From Ectothiorhodospiraceae bacterium WFHF3C12 (GTDB lineage: Bacteria; Pseudomonadota; Gammaproteobacteria; Nitrococcales; Nitrococcaceae), in NCBI GenBank assembly GCA_013519935.1, contig JACDUA010000001.1:91982-123981 (forward strand): a stretch of 32,000 nt of DNA, written 5' to 3'. The notes under the pieces were generated by a model. It ran no database searches. It was not told where the DNA came from and saw nothing but the letters and a program-made list of their open reading frames with translations. Each line of letters begins with the position of its first letter. Positions within the stretch are counted from its first letter, which is position 1. Made by a program: the position numbers and the translations under genes. Positions 8,504 to 17,601 of this stretch are shown here, one piece after another.

Positions 8504-10003
8504 CTACTCCGCCGCCGCCTCCGGCCGCATGGCCGGAAACAGCAATACGTCCCGAATCGAAGGCGCATCGGCGAGCAGCATCACCAGCCGATCGATGCCG
8601 ATCCCCTCGCCGGCCGTCGGCGGCAGACCATACTCCAGGGCCCGCACGAAGTCGGCATCGTAGAACATGGCCTCGTCGTCGCCGGCGTCCTTCTCCGCCG
8701 CCTGCTCGCGAAAACGCTCCGCCTGGTCCTCCGCGTCGTTGAGCTCGGAGAAGCCATTGGCGATCTCCCGGCCACCGACGAAGAGCTCGAAGCGCTCGGT
8801 GACGAAGGGGTTGTCGTCCTTCGGTCGCGCCAGCGGCGAAACCTCCTTCGGGTAATCGATGACGAAGGTCGGCTCGCGCAGCGCATGCTCGGTGGTCTTC
8901 TCGAAGATCTCCACCTGCAGTTTGCCCAGGCCGAAGCCCTCTTTCACCTCGAGGCCCAGGGAGCGGGCCAGCGCCGCCGCCGGCTCGCGCTCGGCCAGTT
9001 GCGCGGCGGTGATATCCGGGTTCTGCTCCAGGATGGCATCGTGCACGCTGACCCGGCGAAAGGTCTGCCCGAAGTCGAAGCGCTCACCCTGGTACTCGAT
9101 GGCCTCGCCGCCGATCACATCCCGCGCGAGCCCCCGAAGCAGCACTTCCGTCAGGTCCATCAGGTCGTGGTAGTCCGCGTAGGCCTGATAGAACTCGAGC
9201 ATGGTGAATTCCGGATTGTGCCGCGTTGATACCCCTTCGTTGCGGAAATTGCGGTTGATCTCGAAGACCTTTTCGAAACCGCCCACCACCAGCCGCTTGA
9301 GGTAGAGCTCCGGCGCCACGCGCAGATACAGGTCGATGTCCAGCGCGTTATGGTGCGTCGTGAACGGCCGTGCCGTCGCGCCACCCGGGATGGGCTGCAT
9401 CATGGGGGTCTCCACCTCCAGAAAACCCCGCTCCACGAAGGCCTCACGGATGTAGTGGACGATGCGGCTGCGCAGCTGGAAAACGCGGCGGCTATCGTCG
9501 TTCATGATCAGATCCACGTACCGCTGCCGGTAGCGGGCCTCCTGATCGGTGAGACCGTGGTACTTCTCGGGCAGGGGTCGCAGCGACTTGGTCAGCAGCA
9601 CCACCTCGCCGGCCTTCACCGACAGCTCCCCGGTCCTGGTCCGGAACAACGTGCCCTCGGCACCGACGATATCGCCCACATCCCAACCCTTGAACGCCTG
9701 ATACTGGCCTTCCGGCAGGTCATCGCGGCGCAGAAACAGCTGTATCCGGCCGCTCATGTCCTGGATGTGGGCGAAGCTCGCCTTGCCCATCACCCGCTTG
9801 CCGACCATACGCCCGGCAACCCGCACGCGGATGCCCGCGGACTCCAGGGTTTCGCCGTCCTGATCGCCATGGCGCGCGTGCAGATCGGCCGCCAGCGCAT
9901 CGCGCCGGAAGTCGTTGGGGAAGGCACGCCCGGTCTCGCGCCACTCGGCGAGCTTGCGCCGGCGCTCGGCGATAAGCTTGTTCTCGTCTGTCTGCTCGGT
10001 CAT
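8504..10003 (-). CDS. lysS: Lysine--tRNA ligase, class II
   Basis: The 499-aa ORF has an OB-fold N-domain and class II motifs ([37 protein letters not shown]). It lies directly downstream of prfB, as in the E. coli prfB-lysS operon. Confidence 0.97.
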   Translation of the reverse strand: MTEQTDENKLIAERRRKLAEWRETGRAFPNDFRRDALAADLHARHGDQDGETLESAGIRVRVAGRMVGKRVMGKASFAHIQDMSGRIQLFLRRDDLPEGQYQAFKGWDVGDIVGAEGTLFRTRTGELSVKAGEVVLLTKSLRPLPEKYHGLTDQEARYRQRYVDLIMNDDSRRVFQLRSRIVHYIREAFVERGFLEVETPMMQPIPGGATARPFTTHHNALDIDLYLRVAPELYLKRLVVGGFEKVFEINRNFRNEGVSTRHNPEFTMLEFYQAYADYHDLMDLTEVLLRGLARDVIGGEAIEYQGERFDFGQTFRRVSVHDAILEQNPDITAAQLAEREPAAALARSLGLEVKEGFGLGKLQVEIFEKTTEHALREPTFVIDYPKEVSPLARPKDDNPFVTERFELFVGGREIANGFSELNDAEDQAERFREQAAEKDAGDDEAMFYDADFVRALEYGLPPTAGEGIGIDRLVMLLADAPSIRDVLLFPAMRPEAAAE

Positions 10004-10012
10004 GACGGTTTC

Positions 10013-11108
10013 CTAGAAACCCGCCTTGAGGCTGGCTTCGATGAACTGGTCCAGTGCGCCGTCCAGCACGGCCTGGGTGTTGCCCACCTCAACGCTGGTG
10101 CGCAGGTCCTTGATACGGGACTGGTCGAGGACGTAGGAGCGGATCTGGCTGCCCCAGCCAATGTCGGCCTTGCTGTCCTCCACCTGCTCGGCTTCCTCCC
10201 GGCGTTTCTGCATCTCCAGCTCGTAGAGCTTGGCCTGGAGCTGCTTCATGGCCGTGGCGCGGTTCTTGTGCTGCGAGCGGTCGTTCTGGCACTGAACGAC
10301 GATGCCGGTGGGCAGGTGGGTGATTCGAACGGCCGACTCCGTGCGGTTGACGTGCTGACCGCCCGCACCACTGGCGCGGTAGACGTCCACGCGCAGGTCC
10401 GAGGGGTCGACGTCAATGGCAACGTCGTCGTCGATCTCCGGCGATACGAACACCGCCGCGAAGGACGTATGTCGCCGGTTGCCGGAATCGAAGGGCGACT
10501 TGCGCACCAGCCGGTGCACGCCGGTTTCCGTGCGCAGCCAGCCAAAGGCGTATTCGCCCTCCACTTTCAGCGTGGCGCTCTTGATGCCGGCTACCTCCCC
10601 CTCGGAGAGCTCGATGATCTCGCTGCGGAAGCCCTTGTTCTCCGCCCAGCGCAGGTACATCCGAAGCAGCATGTTGGCCCAGTCCTGGGCCTCGGTGCCG
10701 CCGGACCCGGCCTGGATGTCCACGAAGGCGTTCTTCTCGTCCATCTCCCCGGAGAACATTCGCCGGAACTCGAGGCCGGCGACGCGGCGCTCGTAGCCGT
10801 CCAGATCCGACGCCACCGACGAAACGGTGTCGTCATCGCCTTCCTCAACGGCCATTTCCAGTAGCTCGCCGGCGTCCTCGAGCCCGGAAGTCAGGTCCTC
10901 CAGCGTGCCGACCAGGTCCTCGAGCTGGGAGCGCTCCTTGTTCAGCGCCTGCGCCCGTTCGGGCTCGTTCCAGACGTCGGGGTCCTCGAGCTCGCGATGC
11001 ACCTCTTCGAGGCGTTCCTTGCGGCCGGCATAGTCAAAGATACCCCCTCAGGGACTCGACACGTCCCTTGAGGTCGTCGATCTGCTGGTACAGGGCGTTG
11101 ATCTCCAA
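10013..11108 (-). CDS. prfB: Peptide chain release factor 2, made by a programmed +1 frameshift
   Basis: The main ORF (10013-11002 in the track) has the SPF and GGQ motifs ([27 protein letters not shown]). The upstream frame, from TTG at 11108 (GGGAGA SD), encodes (M)[23 protein letters not shown] followed by an in-frame TGA at 11036-11034. Shifting +1 continues as [29 protein letters not shown], which parallels E. coli RF2. Confidence 0.95.
11033..11048 (-). other. RF2 programmed +1 frameshift site
   Basis: The minus strand reads AGGGGG TAT CTT TGA C. This has the internal SD-like element, the CUU slippery codon and the UGA-C stop context, identical in architecture to the E. coli prfB site. 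Confidence 0.9.
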
Positions 11109-11244
11109 ATCGCTCTCCCGAGTTACTGGCGCGAACGAATGCCCCGGTCCGCGGGCCCTAACCCACGGCCGAATCAGGGCCGCGATGGTACACCAAGGCG
11201 CTCAAAGCTGTCAGGTCGGGCGCGGCGAAGGCCGCGGCAGGCGT

Positions 11245-14200
11245 TTACGAGCGCGCCGGGATGGCCTTGAAGGCGTTGGCGAGACGGCCCGCGGACACCT
11301 TCATGCGCACACCAAGCTCCTGGGCGAACAGCGAAATGCGGTATTCCTCGAGCATCTCGCGATACTCGGCCAGCGCGGGCTCAAGGTGCATGGCCGCGGG
11401 CTCCCCGCCACACCGCTCCACGAAACGCTGCCAGTGAGACCGGATATCGTTGAGCCCCCGCCGGTCCCGGCTTGGGTCGCGCTCGAGCTTGTCGATCCTT
11501 CGCGCCAGGCCGTCGAGGAAGCGCGGCAACCGGCCCAGCCACGCGGAGGGGTTATCGGCGACGAAGCCGGGATAGACGAGCCAGGCCATATGGTCCTGCA
11601 CGTCCTGCCAGCAGTCCATATGGGCTATGGGAATACTGGCGGGGATTCGCCGTCGAATCTCGCTGTAGCGCGACAACACCGCCTCCAGGGTTTCCACCAG
11701 CGCCGTCGCCTGCTCCACGACATGGCCCCGGCCCGCCTCAAGCCGTTCCCGGAACTCCGGCTCGTCCCGGGGAATCGACCGCTCCAGCTGGAAGGCCTCG
11801 TCGAAGACCCGCTGCACCAGGGACGCCTTCAGTCCTTCGCATGGCCCCAGGGGCGCGTGGAGGAGGCACAGCCGGTCCATACCCGGCAGCTGCTTGCGCA
11901 GGTACTTCGCCTGCTGCCGCAGCGCCAGCAGGTACAGACGCCGTACACCCGCCCGATTGAGGCTCGCGGCGGACTCGGCGGAGTCAGCCAGGCGCAACCG
12001 CACGCTCTCGCCCCGGTCTTCGAGGGCTGGATAGCCCCGCAGCGTTGTGCCCCGCTGGGTCACCTCGACGAAGGCCGGCAGCTCGCCGAAATCCCAGCGG
12101 ACGATACCGTCCCGCGACCAGTCGTTGCCGGGTGCCCGGGTGAACGCCGCCGACGCCGCCTCCCCCAGGCGTGATTGCAGCGCTTCCAGGTCGCGTCCTT
12201 CGTCCACGCGATGGCCGGCCTCGTCCACCACCAGGACGTTCATGCGCAGGTGATCGGGGAGTGCCGCCTCGGCGAAAGCGCCCTCGGGGACCTCGCGCCC
12301 GGTCATTCGACCAAGTTCGCGCCGGAGCACATCGGTGAGCAGCCCCTCCCGGAACGGCACCGCTTCCAGGACCGCGCGCGCAAAGTCCGGTGCGGGTACG
12401 AAGTTCTTCCGCAGCGTCTTCGGCAAGGCCTTGATCAACGCGCTGATCTTCTCCTGCGCAAGGCCGGGAACCAGCCAGTCCAGAGCTGACGGCTCGAGCT
12501 GGTTCAGTGCCACCAGCGGCACCTCCAGGGTGACCCCGTCGCGGGGGTGGCCCGGTTCGAAGTGGTAGCGCAGGGGCAGCTTGACGCCCGAGAGCACCAG
12601 ATGGTCGGGATAGTCACGGGCCGTGACCTCGTCGGCCTCCCGCTGGAGCAGATCCTCCCGGCGCATCTCGAGAATGCCGTCCGGCGCCTCACGACGCAGC
12701 CAGCGCTCCAGGGCGGCGCCGCTAGCCACGTCGGCCGGGATACGCTGGTCGTAGAAGGCAAACTGGGTGTCCTCGTCAGCCACCACGTCACGACGCCGGC
12801 CCTTGGCCTCGAGCGCTTCAAGCTCGGCCACGAGCGCGCGGTTGTGCGCCAGAAACGCCTCCCGGGTTCGCAGCCGGCCCTGCACCAGCGCCTCCCGGAT
12901 AAAGATGGTCCGCGCGGCCTCCGGGTCGATGCGGCCGAAGTCCCGACGCCGGCCCTGGAGGAGGATCAGGCCGTAGAGGGTGACCTTTTCGAAGGCCCTG
13001 ACCCTGGCCTTGCGCGGATCCCAGTAGGGATCGCTGTAGCTGCGCTGGACCAGGTGGGGCGCGGCGTCCTCAACCCACTGGGGTTGGATCTCCGCGACGA
13101 TGCGGGCGAAGACGCGGCGCGTCTCCACCAGCTCGGCGGCAACGATCCACTTCGGTCGCCGGCGCGCCAGCCCGGACCCCGGGAAGATGGCGAGCTTGAG
13201 GTTGCGCGGGCCGAGATATTGCTGATCGTCGCGGGTGGCAACGTTCGAAACCAGCCCCGTAAGCAGGCAGCGGTGAAGGGTGGCGTAGTCGGCCGGTTCG
13301 GCGTTTCGGGATAAGCGCCCGGAGAGCATGTGCCGCACCTGCCCCAGGGTTTCCTGCCATTCGCGCATGCGGATGTAGGAAAGAAAGTGCTCACGGCACC
13401 AGCTCCGCAGCTTGCGCTGGCTCAGATGGGCCGAGCGCTCCCGCCAGGCCCGCCACAGGTTGAGCAGCGAGACGAAGTCGGAGTGTTCATCCCGGAACGC
13501 GGCATGGGCCTCGTCGGCGGCCTGCTGAGCCTCCATGGGCCGTTCCCGGGGCTCCTGAATACTGAGCGCGGCCACCAGGATCAACGTCTCATCCAGTGCG
13601 CCGCTTTCCTCGCCGGCCACCAGCATACGGCCCAGCCGCGGGTCCAGCGGCAACCGGGCGAGGCGCCGGCCCAGCCCGGTCAGATGCCCCCCGTCGTCTA
13701 GGGCGGCCAGCTCCCCAAGCAGCTTGTAACCATCGCGGACGAAGCGTGCATCCGGCGGCTCGACGAAGGGAAAGTCCTCCACGTGACCGAGTCCCTGCGC
13801 CTCCATCTGCAGGATGACCGAAGCCAGGTTGGTACGGTGGATCTCCGGGTCCGTGAACGCCGGTCTTGCGTCGTAGTCGGCCTCGCTGTAAAGGCGGATG
13901 CAGACGCCGGGTGCCACGCGCCCGCAGCGGCCGGCGCGCTGATCGGCACTGGCCCGGGATATCGGCTCGATGGGCAGGCGCTGGACCTTGGTGCGGTAGC
14001 TGTAGCGGCTCAGCCGCACCTTGCCCGTGTCCACCACGTAGCGGATGCCCGGGACCGTCAGCGAGGTTTCGGCCACATTGGTCGACAGCACGACCCGCCG
14101 GCCCGGATGGGTCTGGAAGACCCGTTGCTGTTCCCTGGCGCTGAGCCGGGCAAACAACGGCAGTATCTCCAGCCCCGGCGGATGGTGCTTGCGCAGCGCC

Positions 14201-15177
14201 TCCGCCGCTTCGCGTATCTCCCGCTCGCCGCTGAGGAATACCAGGATATCCCCGGGCCCCTCCCGGGTGAGCTCGGCAACCGCCTCGACAATCGCCTCGG
14301 GTTGATCGCGGTCCGAATCGTCTTCGTCATCGCTCAACGGCCGATAACGCACCTCCACCGGATGGGTCCGGCCGGAGACCTCGACCACGGGGGCGTCGCC
14401 GAAGTGCCGGGAGAAGCGCTCCGGATCGATGGTCGCCGAGGTGATGATCAGCTTGAGATCCGGCCGCCGGGGCAGCAGGCGCTTGAGATAGCCCAACAGG
14501 AAGTCGATGTTGAGGCTACGCTCGTGGGCCTCGTCGACAATGATGGTGTCGTAGGCGCGAAGCTCCGGGTCGGACTGCACCTCGGCGAGGAGCATGCCGT
14601 CGGTAGCCAGCTTGATGAAGCTGCGCTCGCTCACCCGGTCCGTGAAGCGGACCTTGTAGCCCACGGCCTCGCCCACCTCGCTGCCCAGCTCCTCGGCGAC
14701 ACGCGCGGCCAGGCTACGGGCGGCGATGCGTCGGGGCTGGGTATGGGCGATCATCCCCTCGACGCCGCGGCCCAGGTCGAGGCAGATCTGCGGCAGCTGC
14801 GTGCTCTTGCCGGAACCGGTTTCACCGCAGACCACCACCACCTGGTGGGCCGCTATCGCTTCGGCCAGCGCCTCGCGCCGCTCCAGCACCGGTAGATCGT
14901 TGTCGAAGGCGGGTTCGGGGCGGTGTTCGGCGCGCCACTGCCGCACGGACACCGCTTTCTCGAGCTCACCCCGGACCGCGGGCAGCGCGCGGCCCAGCCC
15001 GCGCCCTCTCGCCAGCCGCCGTTCGAGACCGGCGATGCGCCGCTGGAACTCCTCCCGCCGGGGACCCGGCGCAGCGGCCAGAAGATCGCGCAGCGCGTGC
15101 AGCTGCTCGCGTTCGTCAGCACCCGCGTTGACGGAAGGGCTGGACATGGGGGTCATCCATCCTGCGCGAGACGCCAC
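11245..15177 (-). CDS. hrpA: ATP-dependent RNA helicase HrpA (DEAH-box)
   Basis: The 1310-aa ORF has GETGSGKSTQLPQ (motif I), DEAHERS (motif II), SATID, and the long HrpA-specific C-terminal region. The start is ambiguous among Met codons at 15177, 15156 and 15147. Confidence 0.95.
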   Translation of the reverse strand: MASRAGWMTPMSSPSVNAGADEREQLHALRDLLAAAPGPRREEFQRRIAGLERRLARGRGLGRALPAVRGELEKAVSVRQWRAEHRPEPAFDNDLPVLERREALAEAIAAHQVVVVCGETGSGKSTQLPQICLDLGRGVEGMIAHTQPRRIAARSLAARVAEELGSEVGEAVGYKVRFTDRVSERSFIKLATDGMLLAEVQSDPELRAYDTIIVDEAHERSLNIDFLLGYLKRLLPRRPDLKLIITSATIDPERFSRHFGDAPVVEVSGRTHPVEVRYRPLSDDEDDSDRDQPEAIVEAVAELTREGPGDILVFLSGEREIREAAEALRKHHPPGLEILPLFARLSAREQQRVFQTHPGRRVVLSTNVAETSLTVPGIRYVVDTGKVRLSRYSYRTKVQRLPIEPISRASADQRAGRCGRVAPGVCIRLYSEADYDARPAFTDPEIHRTNLASVILQMEAQGLGHVEDFPFVEPPDARFVRDGYKLLGELAALDDGGHLTGLGRRLARLPLDPRLGRMLVAGEESGALDETLILVAALSIQEPRERPMEAQQAADEAHAAFRDEHSDFVSLLNLWRAWRERSAHLSQRKLRSWCREHFLSYIRMREWQETLGQVRHMLSGRLSRNAEPADYATLHRCLLTGLVSNVATRDDQQYLGPRNLKLAIFPGSGLARRRPKWIVAAELVETRRVFARIVAEIQPQWVEDAAPHLVQRSYSDPYWDPRKARVRAFEKVTLYGLILLQGRRRDFGRIDPEAARTIFIREALVQGRLRTREAFLAHNRALVAELEALEAKGRRRDVVADEDTQFAFYDQRIPADVASGAALERWLRREAPDGILEMRREDLLQREADEVTARDYPDHLVLSGVKLPLRYHFEPGHPRDGVTLEVPLVALNQLEPSALDWLVPGLAQEKISALIKALPKTLRKNFVPAPDFARAVLEAVPFREGLLTDVLRRELGRMTGREVPEGAFAEAALPDHLRMNVLVVDEAGHRVDEGRDLEALQSRLGEAASAAFTRAPGNDWSRDGIVRWDFGELPAFVEVTQRGTTLRGYPALEDRGESVRLRLADSAESAASLNRAGVRRLYLLALRQQAKYLRKQLPGMDRLCLLHAPLGPCEGLKASLVQRVFDEAFQLERSIPRDEPEFRERLEAGRGHVVEQATALVETLEAVLSRYSEIRRRIPASIPIAHMDCWQDVQDHMAWLVYPGFVADNPSAWLGRLPRFLDGLARRIDKLERDPSRDRRGLNDIRSHWQRFVERCGGEPAAMHLEPALAEYREMLEEYRISLFAQELGVRMKVSAGRLANAFKAIPARS

Positions 15178-15211
15178 CCGGAGCGATGCCCCGCGGCGTC
15201 GCTGAGGCGTC

Positions 15212-15784
15212 TCACTCGCCGCTGGCGGCGCTCTGACCGGATTCGCCGCGTCGGGGACCGGAGCGTAGCGAAGGATACCGGCGGACCGGAAATTGCACGG
15301 TCTCCACGCTCCATCCCTGCTCGTGGCAGTCGAGAATCAGGCAGGCCGGGCCACCATAGGTCCGCGTCCGCCCGGCCGCGCCGGGGTTGAGCACCCAGGG
15401 CGTCGCGGACTGGTCCACCGTCTGCGAATGCGTGTGGCCGTATACGACGGCCTTGGCGTCGGGATAGCGCCGGCGAAACGCATCGTGACGCGCCGCAACC
15501 GGAATGGACTCGTCCCCGTGGACGACGACAAGGTCTCCACCCGCCAGTGGCACCCGGGTCTCACGAGGTAGGTTCTCCAGCACGTGGCGCTCGTGCTCGG
15601 GCCACTTCTGCGGAACGTCGTTATTGCCACGGATGGCGATGACCTGTTCCCTGGGCTGCAGCGACAGCAGCACATCGGCACCACCTATGTCGCCGGCATG
15701 TACCGCCATGTCGCAGGCACTGACCAGATCCGCGATGCGCGGATCAAGAAAACCGTGGGTGTCGGCAAGTAGCGCTAGACGCAT
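15212..15784 (-). CDS. YfcE/MJ0936-family metallophosphoesterase
   Basis: The 190-aa ORF has the calcineurin-like motifs DTHG, HAGD, GNND and GHTH in the canonical order. Confidence 0.85.
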   Translation of the reverse strand: MRLALLADTHGFLDPRIADLVSACDMAVHAGDIGGADVLLSLQPREQVIAIRGNNDVPQKWPEHERHVLENLPRETRVPLAGGDLVVVHGDESIPVAARHDAFRRRYPDAKAVVYGHTHSQTVDQSATPWVLNPGAAGRTRTYGGPACLILDCHEQGWSVETVQFPVRRYPSLRSGPRRGESGQSAASGE

Positions 15785-15819
15785 GGGTTCATGGAATCCG
15801 TTGTCGCGCGGCAGCCGTC

Positions 15820-16437
15820 TCAGACGGCCACGCGGCCCTCCAGGGCGGTCTCGACAGCCTCGCGCAGCTCGGCGTAATCACGAGCCACGGGAAACTCCGG
15901 AAAGTCGTCTATGACCTGTTGCGGCGGCTGATAGAGCACGCCGTGATCGGCTTCCGCGAGCATCGTCGTATCGTTGTAGGAGTCGCCGGCGGCCACGGTG
16001 TCGAAGTTCAGGCTCCGGAAGGCGGCCACCGCCTTGCGCTTGTGATCGGCCAGCCGGATGCGGAAATCGCGGATACGGCCGTCGGAGGCCACCTCCAGCT
16101 CATGGCAGAACAGCGTCGGCCAGTCCAGCCGGGCCATGAGCGGGCGCGCGAACTGGTAGAAGGTGTCCGACAGGATCACGACCTGATGACGGCTGCGGAT
16201 GTCCATCAGGAACTCATGCGCGCCGGCCAGCGGCCCCATGTCGGCGATGACCCGCTGGATATCGTTCATCCCGAGACCGTGTTCGTCGAGAATCGACAGG
16301 CGCTGGCGCATCAGCTGGTCGTAGTCCGGTACGTCTCGCGTGGTCGCCCGCAGGCTGTCGATCCCGGTCAGATCGGCCAGACCGATCCAGATTTCGGGAA
16401 TCAATACGCCTTCGAGGTCCAGACAGACAATGGCCAC
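15820..16437 (-). CDS. thrH: Phosphoserine phosphatase / homoserine phosphotransferase ThrH (HAD family)
   Basis: The 205-aa ORF is collinear with Pseudomonas ThrH (CLDLEGVLIPEIWI, ATTRDVPDYDQLMRQRLSILDEHGL, VVILSDTFYQFARPLM, AAGDSYNDTTML). It starts at a GTG. Confidence 0.9.
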   Translation of the reverse strand: MAIVCLDLEGVLIPEIWIGLADLTGIDSLRATTRDVPDYDQLMRQRLSILDEHGLGMNDIQRVIADMGPLAGAHEFLMDIRSRHQVVILSDTFYQFARPLMARLDWPTLFCHELEVASDGRIRDFRIRLADHKRKAVAAFRSLNFDTVAAGDSYNDTTMLAEADHGVLYQPPQQVIDDFPEFPVARDYAELREAVETALEGRVAV

Positions 16438-16605
16438 AGGCCTCTGCTCCCTACGGTCTTTATTATTGATTCACGGGTCGCACCGCCCGCAAACGGCGCA
16501 AACGGTAAGCGTTTTTCCCGTACCGATCAAGAGACTGGTTCACCGATTGGGAATGCCACCCGCGCACGCTGCGGCCAGGCCGTGCGGGCCACGTTCGGCG
16601 TCTCC

Positions 16606-17529
16606 TCAACGACCGGCCTCGTTGGCCACGCCATGCGGCACGTGCCCCGTGGTCACGTGACGGCTGGCAAGGTCGCAGTGGCCCTGTTGATCGTCGAAGA
16701 AGATGTCCGCTCCGAAGGCCTCCAGAAAGTCCGCCTTGGGCAACCCCCCGAGGAACAGGGCCTCGTCGATGCGGATATTCCAGCTGCGCAGGGTGCGAAT
16801 GACCCGCTCGTGGGCCGGGGCCGCCCGGGCGGTCACCAGGGCGGTCCGAATCGGGCAGCTCTCGGCACTGTACTCCGCCTGCAACCCGTGCAGGGCCGCG
16901 AGGAAGCGCTTGAACGGTCCACCCGGCAACGGCTCCTTCGCCTGGGCCCGTTCCCGGGCGGAGAACGCGTTCAGCCCCGATTCCTTGAAAACCCGCTCGG
17001 CCTCGTCGGAGAACAGCACGGCATCCCCATCGAACGCGATGCGGACCTGCCTGTCGGCGTGACCGGCCTCCGTGCTGCCCGCATCGGCCGGCCCCGGCAG
17101 GATGGTTGCCGCGGCGTAGCCGCGGTCCAGCGCCTGCACGACATCATTGGGATCGGCTGACAGGAACAGCTGCGCACCGAATGCCGGGACGTAGCGGTAG
17201 GGGCTCGCCCCGTTGGTGAATGCCGCGCGGGTGACCTCCAGCCCGTAGTGCTCGATGGAATTGAATACCCGCAGACCGGTGTCCGCGCTGTTGCGGGACA
17301 GCAGTATCACCTCGACGCGGGGCTGTTCCTGGTCTGCGTTGAGCGCCAGCAGCTTGCGCACGAGCCCGAAAGCCACCCCGGGCTCCAGGATCACGTCCTC
17401 ATTGTCGATCTGGTACTGGCAGTAGGCGTCGATGCCGCGCTGCACGAATATCTCGTGACCCTCCGTCATGTCGAACAGGGCCCGCGAGGAGATCGCCACC
17501 ACCAGCTTGTCCTCAAAAGAGACCGGCAT
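16606..17529 (-). CDS. 5'-nucleotidase (PF06189-type, cN-IA-like)
   Basis: Matches family features KLVVAISSRALFD, RIAFDGDAVLFSDEAE, IRTALVTARAAPAHERVIRTLRSW and DIFFDDQ. The ATG at 17529 is preferred over the track GTG at 17559. Confidence 0.8.
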   Translation of the reverse strand: MPVSFEDKLVVAISSRALFDMTEGHEIFVQRGIDAYCQYQIDNEDVILEPGVAFGLVRKLLALNADQEQPRVEVILLSRNSADTGLRVFNSIEHYGLEVTRAAFTNGASPYRYVPAFGAQLFLSADPNDVVQALDRGYAAATILPGPADAGSTEAGHADRQVRIAFDGDAVLFSDEAERVFKESGLNAFSARERAQAKEPLPGGPFKRFLAALHGLQAEYSAESCPIRTALVTARAAPAHERVIRTLRSWNIRIDEALFLGGLPKADFLEAFGADIFFDDQQGHCDLASRHVTTGHVPHGVANEAGR

Positions 17530-17601
17530 TCCCGCTTCCACCGCTGCAGGTTCAATCACCCGATGATAGCACCGCGCGCCCGGCCCCCCGCGAATCCGGC
17601 A

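Noticed and set aside
9350-10864. 504-aa ORF on the + strand. Similar antisense ORFs occur at 1116-2327, 2909-4195, 8093-9229, 11068-12174, 13783-14895, 15919-17160, 19328-20290, 21214-22143, 27072-28367 and 28847-29842.
   Set aside because: Each lies opposite a confidently identified housekeeping gene. All have Arg/Gly/Pro/Ala-biased translations and lack recognisable motifs.
11109-11244. Possible promoter or terminator elements between hrpA and prfB, including the GCGGC-CTTC-GCCGC hairpin after hrpA.
   Set aside because: The hairpin is short and has no U-run. No convincing -35/-10 pair could be aligned, so the evidence is too weak to report as a feature.
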